From positions 126,046,001 through 126,110,000 of the forward strand of contig OX597816.1 in assembly GCA_951406725.2 (NCBI GenBank): a DNA stretch of 64,000 nucleotides. Reading direction: 5' to 3'. Positions 11,976-25,074 of the stretch are shown here, in pieces. The position numbers and the translations under genes are program-made. Position 1 is the first letter of the stretch. Each line of letters starts with the position of its first letter. The notes below the pieces were generated by a model. It saw only the letters and a list, made by a program, of their open reading frames with translations, ran no database searches and was not told the DNA's origin. The stretch is from Octopus vulgaris (lineage: Eukaryota).

Positions 11976-14052
11976 TGTGCATGCCCACTAAACATGCTAC
12001 AACTTATCTAAGTCAATATGACTTACTTTATTATTACTTCCTATGCTTGCTCACCACTCTTTAGTCAATGTCTATTAAGTTTATAACCACTATTTATATA
12101 CCTTACATAGAATAGTAGCCATAAATAACATTTTTATATGTATTTCAATCATACAACTAGTCTATGTATTCTATTACTGGGTGAACATTTCATGAATAAT
12201 ATTCATGTATACTATCCCCCACTTACTTAGCTCTTTTTGTATTCTTTTTCTTCAAGTTCTTACACAAAACATTGAAATAGATTAGAAATTGGAGTTATGA
12301 AGGAAACACTTCTGAAAAAGGTTCAATATTTTAGTATCTTTTATAATGTAGTAGTTATTTTTTCAATTATTTGAAATTAAGGCAACAAATACGCACAACA
12401 AATAAATTTTCTGACTATCCAAGATTATTTTGTGATCAAATTTCATGTTACCTTAATATCATTGATAAAAAAAAAATAATAATGAAAATATATTTATGGC
12501 ATGTTTTTGGTCATATTATCAACAATCATTAATTTTTAGGCCTTTTGCAGAATACAAATCATGGATTACAAGCAATGAGTATTATAAATGTAATAAATAT
12601 GCAAATAGGAAATATATCACCTAGATATTAAACAAATCCAGTTTTCATTCACGAGTGTAAATTTTGGTCAAAGATATTAAATTTTACAAAATAATGTGCA
12701 TTTTGGATTCCATTATTTGCTTCAGCAGGAAAAGGAAGTCAAATTCAACATAGATTTATAACTGTGATTTAGAGTATAGAGACAGAAGTAATTAATGTAC
12801 CCAAATATGCCAATATAATTAAGACAGTGGCATTCAAGTAGGCATGAAACTGAAAAGTAGGTGTGAAACCTAGAACCATTAGGTCAGAAATGTGGTACTT
12901 GATTTCAAATTTACAATGATGTAAATCAGAGACAAAACCTGCTTATCTGTAAATAGTTCACATGTGCATACTTCAATAATATGAAGCACTTATTTCTTAA
13001 AGGAAACCTCCCTCATATCACACCCTCTCATCTTAATTGAAGGACATTTTATGTAAGTAATACTTCAAAGTCCTAAAAGTTGGAACAGTCATGGCTGGAA
13101 TGCCTTTGGTCATATGAATACTTAATGACAGAACTTGAAGCTAAACAGCAACAGTTCTACATCTCATTAAAGATAAGTATTTCATATACTTTTCAAGCAA
13201 AATGCAATAAAATCACAAGAGTGCATCTTTCAAGAAGAACACAATACAAATATAGTTCAGCATAAACTGAGTTTGTAAAGGTGAAAAAGATTTAAACTCT
13301 TTCTAAAATATTCTAATCTAACATAGTTTCTGAAACACTTTCCTTCTCGGTTACAAGATAGTAACTTAACTTATTCTTAATAATCGCTTGGCTCATTCAA
13401 TATTTCCATCATTGTCATTGCAATTCAATGTTATACATAAAATTTTAGAAGAAAAATTGCAAACGTTTTTTTTTCTTACTTCTTCAAGTTTATCATGAAA
13501 TAGTTAACTGTTTAAGTAATTTATAATTAAGTAAACGAAAACATTTGAGAATGTAACATAACCAATATCTAAAGAAAGATGAAGTTAACGCTTTGTAATC
13601 AGCTGTTTAAAAGCTCTTTCAAGTTGAATAATTCAATATTTCTTAAGGGGTTATCCAAGCTGCTATTTAAAATTCATAAAAACATATCAAAACAGTAAAA
13701 TCAATTTTTTCATCATAATTTAATCAAAAGCTTCTGGAAACCAACTACAAATCTGCACACTAATGATGATTGGGGTTATAATGAACTCTACTGATAACTT
13801 TTTTTTTTGTCTCTGAAGCATTTAATGCATTGATCAATCATAAATTGATACTTATATAAAAGATAAAGAGGTTCACTTTCTCAAATTCCATTTTTAAAGA
13901 CATTTAAAATTTTGAAGATAAACAAAATGACATTGAAAATTTTGAAAGCTATGTTTCTATCATTATTCAATTAGAACTATAAACATTTATGAGGAGAGAA
14001 AAACACACATATCTGAGAAAAGGAAATGGGATAATATATACATAAAAAGGAA

Positions 14053-14241
14053 TGAAGAGTGCATCAGGAAAACCTCCCATAGTAAAGTTGTGCTGATAGT
14101 AATGGTGTTTCCATGGAGCTAATGTTCTACTATTTTCTTTCAATTATAATCATGATTTAGACTGAAGCACATCAAGCATTTGCTGTTAAAATGTTTATCA
14201 AGAACAGTGAATCTAAGGTTTGTTTTCTGCTGCACCCTGTA
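14053..14241 (+). mobile_element. Internally deleted Tc1/mariner-like element (MITE)
   Basis: Right end gctgcaccctgTA (TIR CAGGGTGC plus TA); degenerate left TIR gagtgcatcaggaaaacct; internal MI*TEAHQAFAVKMFIKNSES resembles a mariner-like transposase N-terminus. Confidence 0.5.
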
Positions 14242-14917
14242 CTTTAAGCTTAGATATTATTTGAAACCTGAGAAAAATACATTAAAAAAATTAAGTTATC
14301 AAATGCATAGACTAAAGACACATTAATAAAATAATTATTTCATGATCTTCTAAGCTTAATTCTGTTTAGCACCATTTTTTTGTCAAGATAAAACAGCAAT
14401 AAAGTGAGTAGGAAGTAAGAGAAAACCTAAAATGAAGGTAATTTATTTAGTAACAGCAAAATAAGGGGTATTTTACATGTTTTTCAAAAGTAAAGTATAC
14501 TTTTCATAATTTGAATACAAGAGAAAGTTCGTGAGAGAGAAACTTAATATTTCTACAATTCTTAAGTACTCAGACTACTTAGAAAATTAGTAGTTCTGAA
14601 AATGATATGACATTCTTAAAATATGAAATATTTGTTTGTTTCATAAATATGTTATCTTTGAGTTCAAATATGAAAAATAGTAAATACAGATTTTTAGACT
14701 ATTCTTGAGACAGCTATACTGCTATGGCAGGTGAAATTCATTCACACAATATTATGTAACACATGATGTTTTATGTCAATTCAGCTCATTTTGAGATAAA
14801 AATCAAGAGGTAACTGATTCTGTTATAGTATGGTGATTTTGACAGTTATTATAGAGCTGTCATGGAAGAAAATTAGTTATTACTCACACAAGTTAAAAAT
14901 TAGCAACTGTGGTCAGC

Positions 14918-14957
<40 letters not shown>

Positions 14958-14964
14958 CAATAAT
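14918..14964. repeat. (AAT)n microsatellite
   Basis: Direct inspection. Confidence 0.95.
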
Positions 14965-15459
14965 TCTTTCTTCTACAGGCACAAGGTATTCATCTTATCT
15001 CAGTAATCCTTAAATTCTTCTCTGCTTCACCCTATCCCCACCTACTTATAGTGTACTGACCATTGTCTTAGACACATCTAAATTGCCTATGTGAGTATGT
15101 ATATTATCGTTTTTCATCCTACTTCCCCACAAACCTACAGGTTCTCAATCACTCAATACCTTTTCCTAATAGGCAGGCTGAACTAATAATGCCCACCCTT
15201 ATCTTCTCATGTCTCTCTTACTTACTGCCCATCTCTTCCCTCATAAATCATCTCCTTAAGAAAGTCTTGTTTCTATCTAGATAGTGCATTTTATTTATGT
15301 ACCTTTCTCTAGTTTTAGACTATTAATAAATCTGACCCTTCATTTCTCAAAACCTTCCCCTTTTCATACATGTTCATTTCTCTACTGCAACTATTATCCT
15401 TCTGAAGATGGAATAGGTTTTCACAAAAACTTCATTGCAAGCAATATGCAGAGTACAAC

Positions 15460-15935
15460 ACTGTTTCTTGCTTTTTATGATGGTGTGTGTTTGGAGGATT
15501 AAGTTCATTCTGTGGTCCTTTTTTAGCAGGGGTATGTTTTTGAGGATGGTGTCGAAGGCTTCATTTTTGAAAGGGTTGTGTGTGGAGATGTATGGAAGGG
15601 CTTTTGGTTTTAAGTCTTTTTTTTAATTTGGGATGTCTGAGTTCCTGGATGTTGAGCTGAAGAGCATGTTGAAAGCATATGTCAATTAGTGAGGATGGGT
15701 AGTTCCCAATGATGAGTGAATCCTTTAGTTCATGTAGTCGTGTGTATCTGGTGATTGCATTAGAAACTATAGTACATATCCTTTGTGCTAGGCTGAAGGG
15801 GATATTCATTCTGGTGTGTCTGGGGTGGTATGAGATGAACAGTAGATATTGCTTGAAATCCATAGGCTTATAGTATATCTGTTTCTATTACGTTGTTAGA
15901 TTTCTTAATGAAGATGTCTAGGAAGGGAAGTTGTT
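15460..15935 (-). mobile_element. Penelope-like element RT fragment (thumb region)
   Basis: LPFLDI...YKPMDFKQYLLFISYHPRHTRMNIPFSLAQRICTIVS...NYP is the typical PLE RT C-terminus. Confidence 0.85.
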
Positions 15936-15936
15936 G

Positions 15937-16003
<67 letters not shown>

Positions 16004-16499
16004 GTATAAATATATATATATATACACAAATATGCATATAATATATATACACATATACTCTCTCTGGATTAAGCAGTCTGTGTCACAACCTTTCTCCATT
16101 GAATTAACACCTACAACCATATTAATTCTGATTCCAAGCAGTCAAGGGATGCTGTTCTCAATTCCTTCACTACCAGATTTTTCTTTTCTTTTTACTCATT
16201 CCACTTCTTATCTTTTACCTCTCATCCTGTCTTGTTCTTTCTTGCTTTTTCTCAAAGAGCAGCCATGATGTATCTAAGAGTCTAATGATTGCTTGGAACT
16301 ACATGGCATACTAAACAATCATGCTTAATCATATGTTCTGAGACACAAAACTGATAGTAGCTCAAATTTAAACCCTGTATATATTAAATGATATTTGAGA
16401 AAAAGACTGTGTACATATGTAATTATTAACAAGGATATTAGTATAAGCTGGTCTGGGTACCCCATAAGGCTTTGTAACTGTGTCTGGGTACCCCATAAG

Positions 16500-16880
16500 G
16501 CTTTGTAACGTGTCACATGGACAAGCAGTGCCTCAGGAAGAACGTGATTTATAGGGGGACTGCCACCACCGACAATAATACCTTCCACTACATAGGAGCC
16601 ACTGCTTCCCAATTTAAATGGAGATTTTATAATCATGTCCACTCCTTTAAGACATTAATAAGCATAAGCCTATGTCACTGACAGAGTTGGTTTGGGACTT
16701 AAAATTGAAGAGAAAGCCATACATGATTTCTTCATCTGTGGTGATGTCTGCACTTCCCTACCTGGGAGGAGGAGAGAGTGCAATCTTTGCATGGCAAAGG
16801 CTTTTGAGATATTACAAAATCGAGTTAACATTATTAACTAAAGAAACGAAGTGTTGATATGGTGTTTGCATAAAAAGCAC
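16500..16880 (+). mobile_element. Penelope-like GIY-YIG endonuclease fragment
   Basis: Translates QCLRKNVIYRG...FHYIGATASQFKWRFYNHVHSF, then across frameshifts LTELVWDLK and CNLC; preceded by a ~30-bp tandem duplication at 16451-16509. Confidence 0.8.
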
Positions 16881-17769
16881 AGGACCTTTGCAAAACTCAG
16901 ATAGTTCAGTCCCCCTCCCCCAGCCTGCAGATAATCCTTTTCCCTCCCCAACAGCCCCTTTCTACAGTTTATAGTCTATGGGGCTTCCCTGCAGAGTGTC
17001 CCTACACCTTCCCACAGACATCCACACCATGAGCCTATAAAAGGTTTCCATGCCCCTTCTAACCATCCTGCTATTCTCTTCTTCCTGCTCCACAAAGTAT
17101 GTCCTCTACTTTGGGATGCATTTTCATCCAATGGTCCATTTCGGACACTTTTATATATTAAATACCTGCTTCTGGACATACTACTAACATTACACATCTA
17201 CTTTCACAAACCCTATTAGCCTTATCGGCTTATTCTTCATACTCTTGTTATAAATGTAAAAACTGTCTTCTTGATTTCTCAAACAACCTCCTTTGTTTGA
17301 TTTTTTTTCACCTTTCTAAATTGAGCTCTCTAACGTTTAGGATTTATAATTTTTTCTATTAATTTCTTCTATATATATTCCAACACTTTCCTTATTTCTC
17401 CTGGTCCTATTGGTGACTGCCTTCCTGCCATTCTTTTCCAAGTTTCAACCTCTTGAAATAATTATATTTTTGTAAGTTGATTCTATAATTTAGTTTTTTC
17501 ACATTTCACCCTATTCTACATGGGTTTTAAAGTTTTTTCTCCCTCTCACCCCTTATGTATTTCACTAATCTATCTGTTTCTGTTTTTATCTCTACCTTTA
17601 TTATTAATTTATGTAACGGAATTGGTATATTTTTATATACCATACCCCCACTGTGACTTAATCAAACTTTTATATACACCCCTTCTCACAGACGTTTAGA
17701 AGCTTATTGTAGATATAACATGAGTTTTACCTTTATGATTTTTCACTTTCAAGTTCTAGTATTTGTGTA

Positions 17770-19415
17770 ACTCTCGATGCTAAAGTTTGGGACAAGTTCT
17801 TCCAGGATGTTCCGGATGTATATTATGGCATATCTTTCTCGCCTACGCTCTAAAGATTAGAGTCTTAATCTCTTGAGTCTTTCCCAATAGCTTATATGCT
17901 GCATAGAGGCTATCTTCTTTGTGTAGCTTCATTGGATTGCCTCAAGTTCTGTGATTAACTTGACACTGGATGGTGACCATAGCTGAGAGCAATAGTCAAA
18001 GTGGCTTAGGACAAGTGTCCTCCAGAGGACCATCATGGTTTCCTGGTCTCTTGTTCTAAAGGTTCTAAGAATCTCTCCTGTCAGCCACCTGAATTTCATT
18101 GACAACTTAGTAACAAGCACATGCAAGGATGCATTATTACTCATGTAAATGCCCAAGTCTTACACTGACTGTGTCTCTGGGATTGCAATCCCTCCAGGTC
18201 AAGTGTATCTAATTGGTATTGCATTTAGTTTAGCATGCTGATAGCACAAGGCTTGAAACTTTTCAGCATTAAACTGAATGCTATTCTTTTCAGTCCACTT
18301 GTATATTTCATCCAGCTCACATTGCAGCGGCATAGTGTCTTCAGGGTTCTGTATTACCTGTGAGACTTTTGTATCATCTACATAACTTGTGATTGTGGCT
18401 CTCTGTGTAGCTGAGGGCATGTCTGAGAGGGCCATTATGAATAGTTGTGGTCCCAAAACAGTGCCTTGCGGAATACCGCTCACTATTTGCGTGTCATTGG
18501 AGGTGGCCCCATTGGCTATAACCACCTGACTTCTATCCTTCAGAAAGTCATGAAGCCATTCTCTCAATTTTCCAACTATGCCAAGATCACGCAGTTTGTG
18601 ACATATCATTCCATGATCGACTTTATCAAAGGCCTTTGCAAAGTCAAGATATATCACTTCCACATTTGAGTGGTTGGGCAGCTGTTTCTGCACCCAGGCA
18701 TAGTGTTGTAAGATCTGAGTCAGGCAGCTTCTTCTTGGTCGGAAACCATGTTGGGTGTCAGGCAGCAAGTCATTTTCTTCAAGGAAGGTGATTAGTTTTC
18801 TTTTGACTATTTGTTCCATGACCTTGCTGTGGTGTGAGTTCAGAGAGATAGGTCTGTAGTTCTTGGCCTCCGCTCTGCTACTTCCTTTATGAATAGGGCA
18901 TATTTTACCCTCCATCAGTTTTCTTGCAAGTCTGCCAGTTGTAAGGAAGCTCTGAAAGAGTGACTGCAGTGATCTTGCTAGGACTTGCTCACATACATTT
19001 AGAAGGATTGTTGGGAATCCATCAGGGCCAGTAGCTGAGTTTGTTTTCATTTCATCTATAGCCCTTATAACATTGTCTTCCTTTATATTGATGTAATCAA
19101 TCATCATTGCCTCTGTTTTTATATCTGCAGTGATAAAGAAGTCAGTTGGATTGCTGACTTGAAATTGCCCTAGGGGTGGAGTGAAAATACTTTTTAATTG
19201 CTCATTTAGTATTTCACTTATCCTCTTTAGGTTTCCTGTAACTGTACCATCTTTTTCGAGGAGTGGCCCTATCTTGCAGTGCACTGAAGCTGTTTCTTTG
19301 GCAAACTTGTAGAAAGCTCTGGGGTTAGATTTTATGTTGTCAATAGTCCAGGCTACTTTGTCTGCTCTTTCATTTTCATGGGAAAGTTGCATATTTTTTT
19401 TCAATCTCCAGCAGT
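17770..19415 (-). mobile_element. CR1-clade LINE ORF2 fragment (RT), truncated at both ends
   Basis: NYRPISL, QHGFRP, YLDFAKAFDKVDH, GIPQGTVLGP, YVDDTK, DYCSQLWSP; same family as 37500-40538. Confidence 0.92.
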
Positions 19416-19455
<40 letters not shown>

Positions 19456-19459
19456 AATG

Positions 19460-19513
<54 letters not shown>

Positions 19514-19539
19514 AATGTGTGTGCAGATATATATATATA

Positions 19540-19941
19540 CGTCAAAAGGCAATTAAAAGTTGCACTCCAACATTCAATTGCCTTTTGACCCAACCCCCAA
19601 TCTGACACACCAACACGCATTCGTCTGGCCGAACTTGTCCTCTCACTCAACTGCTTCTCATTTGCAGGTGATTTTTACCAGCAGATCTCAGGAATGGCCA
19701 TGGGAACGAGAATGCGCCTGAACTATGCGAACCTGTTCATTGGCTATGTTGAGGCCCAAACATTATAAGTTTCACTGGTCCCCCTCCCAAACTATACGGC
19801 CATTATATTGACAACTGTATCAGTACGACCTCACTCTCCCGTGAACCTCTAAACTCCTTCCTCTCTTTTGTCAAATCTTTCCATCCTGCCCTCCACTTCC
19901 CTTGCACTATCTCTGACACCTCTGTCTTCTTCCGTGACATT
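19540..19941 (+). mobile_element. Penelope-like RT core fragment
   Basis: RLAELVLSLNCFSFAGDFYQQISGMAMGTRM..NYANLFIG...YIDNC...SFHPALHF matches PLE RT motifs. Confidence 0.85.
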
Positions 19942-20445
19942 GTGGTACACGAAGTAAGAAAGTAGGAAGAAGAAAGGTGAAATGCACATCTGGTGCAATG
20001 TAGTCAACAGGGACAGTGCCTGAGATGGGAGGAATATGTAGTCAGTCGCAGAATCTCATGGAAGTAACTTTAGTCTTGGGAACAAGCAAGGACAGACTAT
20101 TTTCAACGTTTTACCTTCAGCAGTGAATTTAGTCTGGTGGAACATACAAATAACTGACAAATGTAGATGCAGAGAAAAAGCATCGGTGAGACATGTTCTG
20201 TCAAACTGCAGGATAGCACAAGATAGATATATATGGCATCACAATCAAGTCATTGGTGTCATAAGCGCAGCTCTCAAGGAGAAGATTGAGGGATAGAATA
20301 GGGGAGAATACACAAACGTGAAAAAGTGCGGAAAATATACTTCCAGGTGGAGAGAACAGAACATAAGGTCAGGCCTTCAAATAAAATATACAAAACAGAC
20401 AAAAGATGGAAGGGATACTGGGAGCTGGCTGCGGATTTGAAAAGA
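19942..20445 (+). mobile_element. HERO/NeSL-type (RLE) non-LTR retrotransposon C-terminal fragment with CCHC knuckle
   Basis: VQCSQQGQCLRWEE...ISW...VLPSAVNLVWW...KCRCREKASVRHVLSNC...RYIWHHNQVI matches the CCHC/RHN region upstream of the RLE domain. Confidence 0.75.
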
Positions 20446-21463
20446 CTTAATATTTACTCATACAAACAACAAATAGACCGGACTTAATATGATGTAAATA
20501 ATGTACATAATTCCTCATCTCTTAAATATAGAACTGTATTATATATATATATACATGTATGTATGCATGTATACATATATATATATGCGTTTATTGATGT
20601 ATATATATATATATATATATGAACACTGAACGTGTGTATGTAAAAACACTGAATGAACTGGGTATTTCCACACCTTTTTACCATAAGAGAAATTTTTTCT
20701 CCATGGTAACTGCAGCGTATTTGCCTTTTAGCAGTTGAAATATGTGACAGACATATTTCAACTAACCTAAATTCTGCATATATATATATATATGTGTGTG
20801 TGTGCGTGTGTGCATATATATAAATACACACACCACACCACACAGGGAAAGTTAGAAAGACAGACAGCATCAATTAAACCCATAAGCAAGTGAGGCTATA
20901 CCTGCACAGTGACACAATCCTATTACTTGATCCTTATCAGTAATCAGTTAACCAGATCCGTTAAATACAATTTTCTACTGTCCTATCTTTTCTTTCTTTT
21001 TAATATCCCAACCCTTTGGTATGTTTTACGAATAGATTAGACATGTTTTTTTTATCTTTTCTAAACTATATTGTTATATACAAAAGCTAACAGCTTCATT
21101 TTCTGCCTCCTTATGATTGACAGAAATTTACAGTCTTCTCACGTATTTCTTTCCAAACAAATTGTTATATATAAAAATGCATTCTACCAAGGTATGCATT
21201 GCTGGTTTGTAAATTATATCATGAAATATTTAATAGTTACATATGTACTGAAATGTAGTTAGAAATATTTTGTATTTTCTATAATGTTGCAAACCAGTTG
21301 CAAAATGGGTTTGCAACATTGTTTTGATTATATGCATTCATTGCATACAAAATTATAATTCATTAAAACATCTTTTTGAGAATGCTCAATAATCCTGAAA
21401 GCATACTACCTACTAATTATTGTGAAAAATAACATTGCATAACATCAAAGGAAATTTACAAAC

Positions 21464-21655
21464 CTTATAATTGCTTCGTATAAACATTGGAATAGGTATG
21501 TCTTTCCGCATTGAACTTGGAAGGTCCCTCATTATCTGAAGATGAGAAGCTGGTTCACCAGCTTCTATGTGCATTAAAGATGCACATATCACCAACAGAA
21601 CTATCGGCCAATTCTTGCAAGACATTCTCGGGTTTGGCAATATAGAATTTTTCAT
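21464..21655 (-). CDS. Probable first coding exon of an unidentified host gene (signal peptide or signal anchor)
   Basis: Acceptor tttcctttcag directly followed by ATG; 192 nt open (MKNSILPNPRMSCKNWPIVLLVICASLMHIEAGEPASHLQIMRDLPSSMRKDIPIPMFIRSNYK); donor AAG|gtttgt; hydrophobic core followed by IEA-G. Confidence 0.6.
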
Positions 21656-21867
21656 CTGAAAGGAAATATTTCACATGTATTAAGTGATGTAAAACAAAAA
21701 TGGTACAAAAAAATAGCTTTAATTTTCATTTTTACTCTAAAAAAAATATGAATGGCTCATGAACTAATATAATTATCTGTACATTTATATTTACAGATTA
21801 AAAGAGAAACCAACATTCATGGGGTATTTTAAAATGACCATTAAATATATATATATATATATATATA

Positions 21868-21985
21868 GCTGTAGAAACTCTGTCAGATCAGAGTGGAGTC
21901 TGGTGCAGCCATCTGGTTCGCCAGACCTCAGTCAAATCGTGCAACCCATGCTAGCATGGAAAGTAGACGTTAAACGATGATGACG
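21868..21985 (+). mobile_element. RTE/SINE 3' tail in a (TA)n tract
   Basis: gctgtagaaactctg...aacccatgctagcatggaaagtagacgttaaacgatgatg. Confidence 0.8.
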
Positions 21986-22149
21986 TTAATAGCCTATTTG
22001 AAGAAGTTGAATAACTTACTCAGACATATGAATGTTTAGTAGACTATTACACATACTCAAATGACTTCTAACCTTGAGATGATTTTCAGAGATCAATGAA
22101 GCATTCAGTTTATTGAAATATGTTAGAACAGTAAGGGCAAGAAGATTTA

Positions 22150-23455
22150 TAACTGAATTTTTATTTTAAAAATGTCTGATAATCCTCAACTTCAATAGTG
22201 AATGTAAATGTCTTAATAAATATTTTTACTTTTTGACAAAAGTTGAATAGGTAAATTTATGAGAAATTTGTATTTTCTCTCACATACAAAGAGCAAATAA
22301 TATTTATGCTCAAATAATCAAGATGCAAACATATTTGAAGTTTTGATTAAATATTTAGATATGAAACACCAATATTAAACTGCAAGTGTGTCATGATCCA
22401 CAAATCTTTGATGCACAAAATAAACAATTAAGAAAAGTAGCATTGAAAATATTATGATACACCACTTAGACATAATATCCATTTCATGTCAATAGAACCC
22501 ATTCCAGTTAACAACGAATTGATTGTTTAAGCAAGATGCAATTCATGTAGATAATTACCAAGTATTTAACAAAACATTGCATCTAGGAAACATTTATAGT
22601 GTACTATCTATCTTAAAGAACATAATTATAAGACATTTACCTTTCATATCTGCAAAAATCTCTGTATATCAAAGCATAACAATCAAAGGGTTTTAATAAC
22701 TAAAAACCAGAGCAGCTCTAAATTTAATCTCTAGCTTATTAGCTGTTTTTAACAATACAACAAAAAATATCTAAAATATGTCTTAGTAAAAAGCTTATTA
22801 TTACGATAAATCACCGTTACTGATATTCTAGCATGTCATCAAATAATTATCTCTGTTCCTTTCTCATGCAACTTGATTAAAAAATGTCATTCTTTTTCAT
22901 CGTGTATATTTTAAGCTCAATATAAAATCAAAGGACAAACATCTTTTGCTCAGAATATCAAGGAGAAAAGAAACTAATTAGAATTAATAATAACTACCAA
23001 ATGAAAGTAAGTTTTCAAACAACTTGATGAAAATACCATATTGATAGGGTATACTTTCAAGAAGCAAAACAAAATTTCTAACTGGATTTTTTATTGAAAA
23101 ACATGCATTTGATAATACTCAATTTCAAGGTTACTTTTTAACAAAAGTTGAATAGGCCAATTTATGAAAATTTATTATTTTCTTTCATGGACAAAGAGCA
23201 AATAATATTTACAGTCAAGTAATCAGGATGCAAACAAGTTTGAAGTTTTTAATTTGTAAAATACCAACATTTAATAGCAAGTGTGTTATGATTCATAAAG
23301 TAAACAAGGAAAGTAGCATTTTAAATATTGATACACCACTAAGACACAGTATCCATATTAAGTAAATACAACAGGTTTCACTTAACCAAATTATTGTTTA
23401 AGCAAGATGCAATTCATGTAAATAATTGCCTAGTATTTAACAAAATGTTGCATCC
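22150..23455. repeat. Diverged direct duplication (~22150-22587 and ~23080-23455)
   Basis: Shared colinear blocks acaaaagttgaatagg, acaaagagcaaataatattta, gatgcaaaca, aaagtagcatt, gatacaccact and ttgtttaagcaagatgcaattcatgta. Confidence 0.85.
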
Positions 23456-25021
23456 AAAAGATAAATACACACAGTGACTTCATTTTAGTGCTAAGTTGGC
23501 AAAAGCTCAAAGCTAAAGTGATCCGCTATATATGTGTAAAGTCACATTTCAATCTGTATATCAAGACATATGACAGAACTGAATGACTTCCACACAACAC
23601 TGTCTGCCACTCTCTCAAACCTCACAGCTTCAACCATGATGTTATCAACTGAGACATAAAATTCTACTGCTGAGTTGAAAAAAGCATCAAAAATCCAAGC
23701 AAAATTAAAAAGAAGTGCATGAAAAATCTCAGTATATAATCTGGTAAAGCATTTTAACCCTATGAGTAGATTGCAGAAGGGACAACACAGTATTTGTGGT
23801 ATCCATATATAAGCAAACAGAATAATACTCTGTAGAGAACTCCACATAATGTCGTCTGTTTCAACATATTTCAATACACAACTGTCTTGTTGATTTCTGA
23901 AACAACCTTAAGTTTAGATATCTTTTGAATATGTCTGACAGTCTATTTAACAAATTCATATATTATGCAAAACATGACACTGCAACTCAAGCTGAAAAGG
24001 TATTTCAGTGTCAAAAATGCCATTAACAGATCTGCTACTACAACTGATTGTCTTAAAGCAGAATCTCTCCAAAAATTTGGAAGAGTATAAACAATGAATA
24101 GATATGCCATTTGGCAAAGAATAACCACAAAACAACCTCTAGAGAAACAGAATGCTATAGCAGATATCATAGAATATTACATCAGATACAATAGACATTA
24201 CATTAAAAAAACATTAAGACAAAAATAACTTAAATAATAGGAGATAAGTCCTATGTTTCACTGATAAATTCTATTATAGAACCTATCACTGGTCAGAGAG
24301 AAATGATCTAAGCTTATCCAACATAAAAGAATCCACTTCACGAGAACATGAAATTCTTCATCAAACCAAGTGACAAACATTTGCACTTGCATCTGCATCC
24401 CAAGACGAACAATTAAGATTAGGCAACTTCATGATGAGTCACACATATTCAAGACTGTATTCTGATAGAGATGATAATACAAGAATCACAGTCCATATTA
24501 AGGCAAAATGGAAAAGGATGCTAATATCGATATTTCAAGTTCAATAATTTACATTCATTTAAGTAAACTGGAGGCAATCAAAGCTGTGAATTTGTTATCT
24601 AGGTTGTCTATAAATATTTAAAAGAGCATCAGTGATATCCTCAACTCACTGCTGCTTGGGATAGTGAAAATATTTTGAATAATAATCTAATCATGAGTTT
24701 ATAGGAATATTTCCAAGCAAAACACATCATTATCCATAAATAGACACAACTGGCAGAAGAAAAGAAGTACAACAATAAAAATACTGGCTTTAATATGCAT
24801 ATTTAACCAATCATGTCAGCCTGTATTGAATTTGAAATAGTAAATGTTGAAGCATTTTAAAATATCAGAATATAACAATAATTTATGACTCAAAAATATA
24901 TAAAAGGTACATATTTATTTTCTTATTTAAAAAAAATTTTTAAGATTAAATAAAACTTTGAATTAGATGTACAAATATTCTTTTTGTTGCACCACATATA
25001 AGACTGAATTTATATATGTGT

Positions 25022-25074
<53 letters not shown>

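Noticed and set aside
23542-24520. ORFs 23542-23874 and 23943-24170
   Set aside because: No recognisable motifs or consistent splice signals; possibly a very old TE remnant but not assignable
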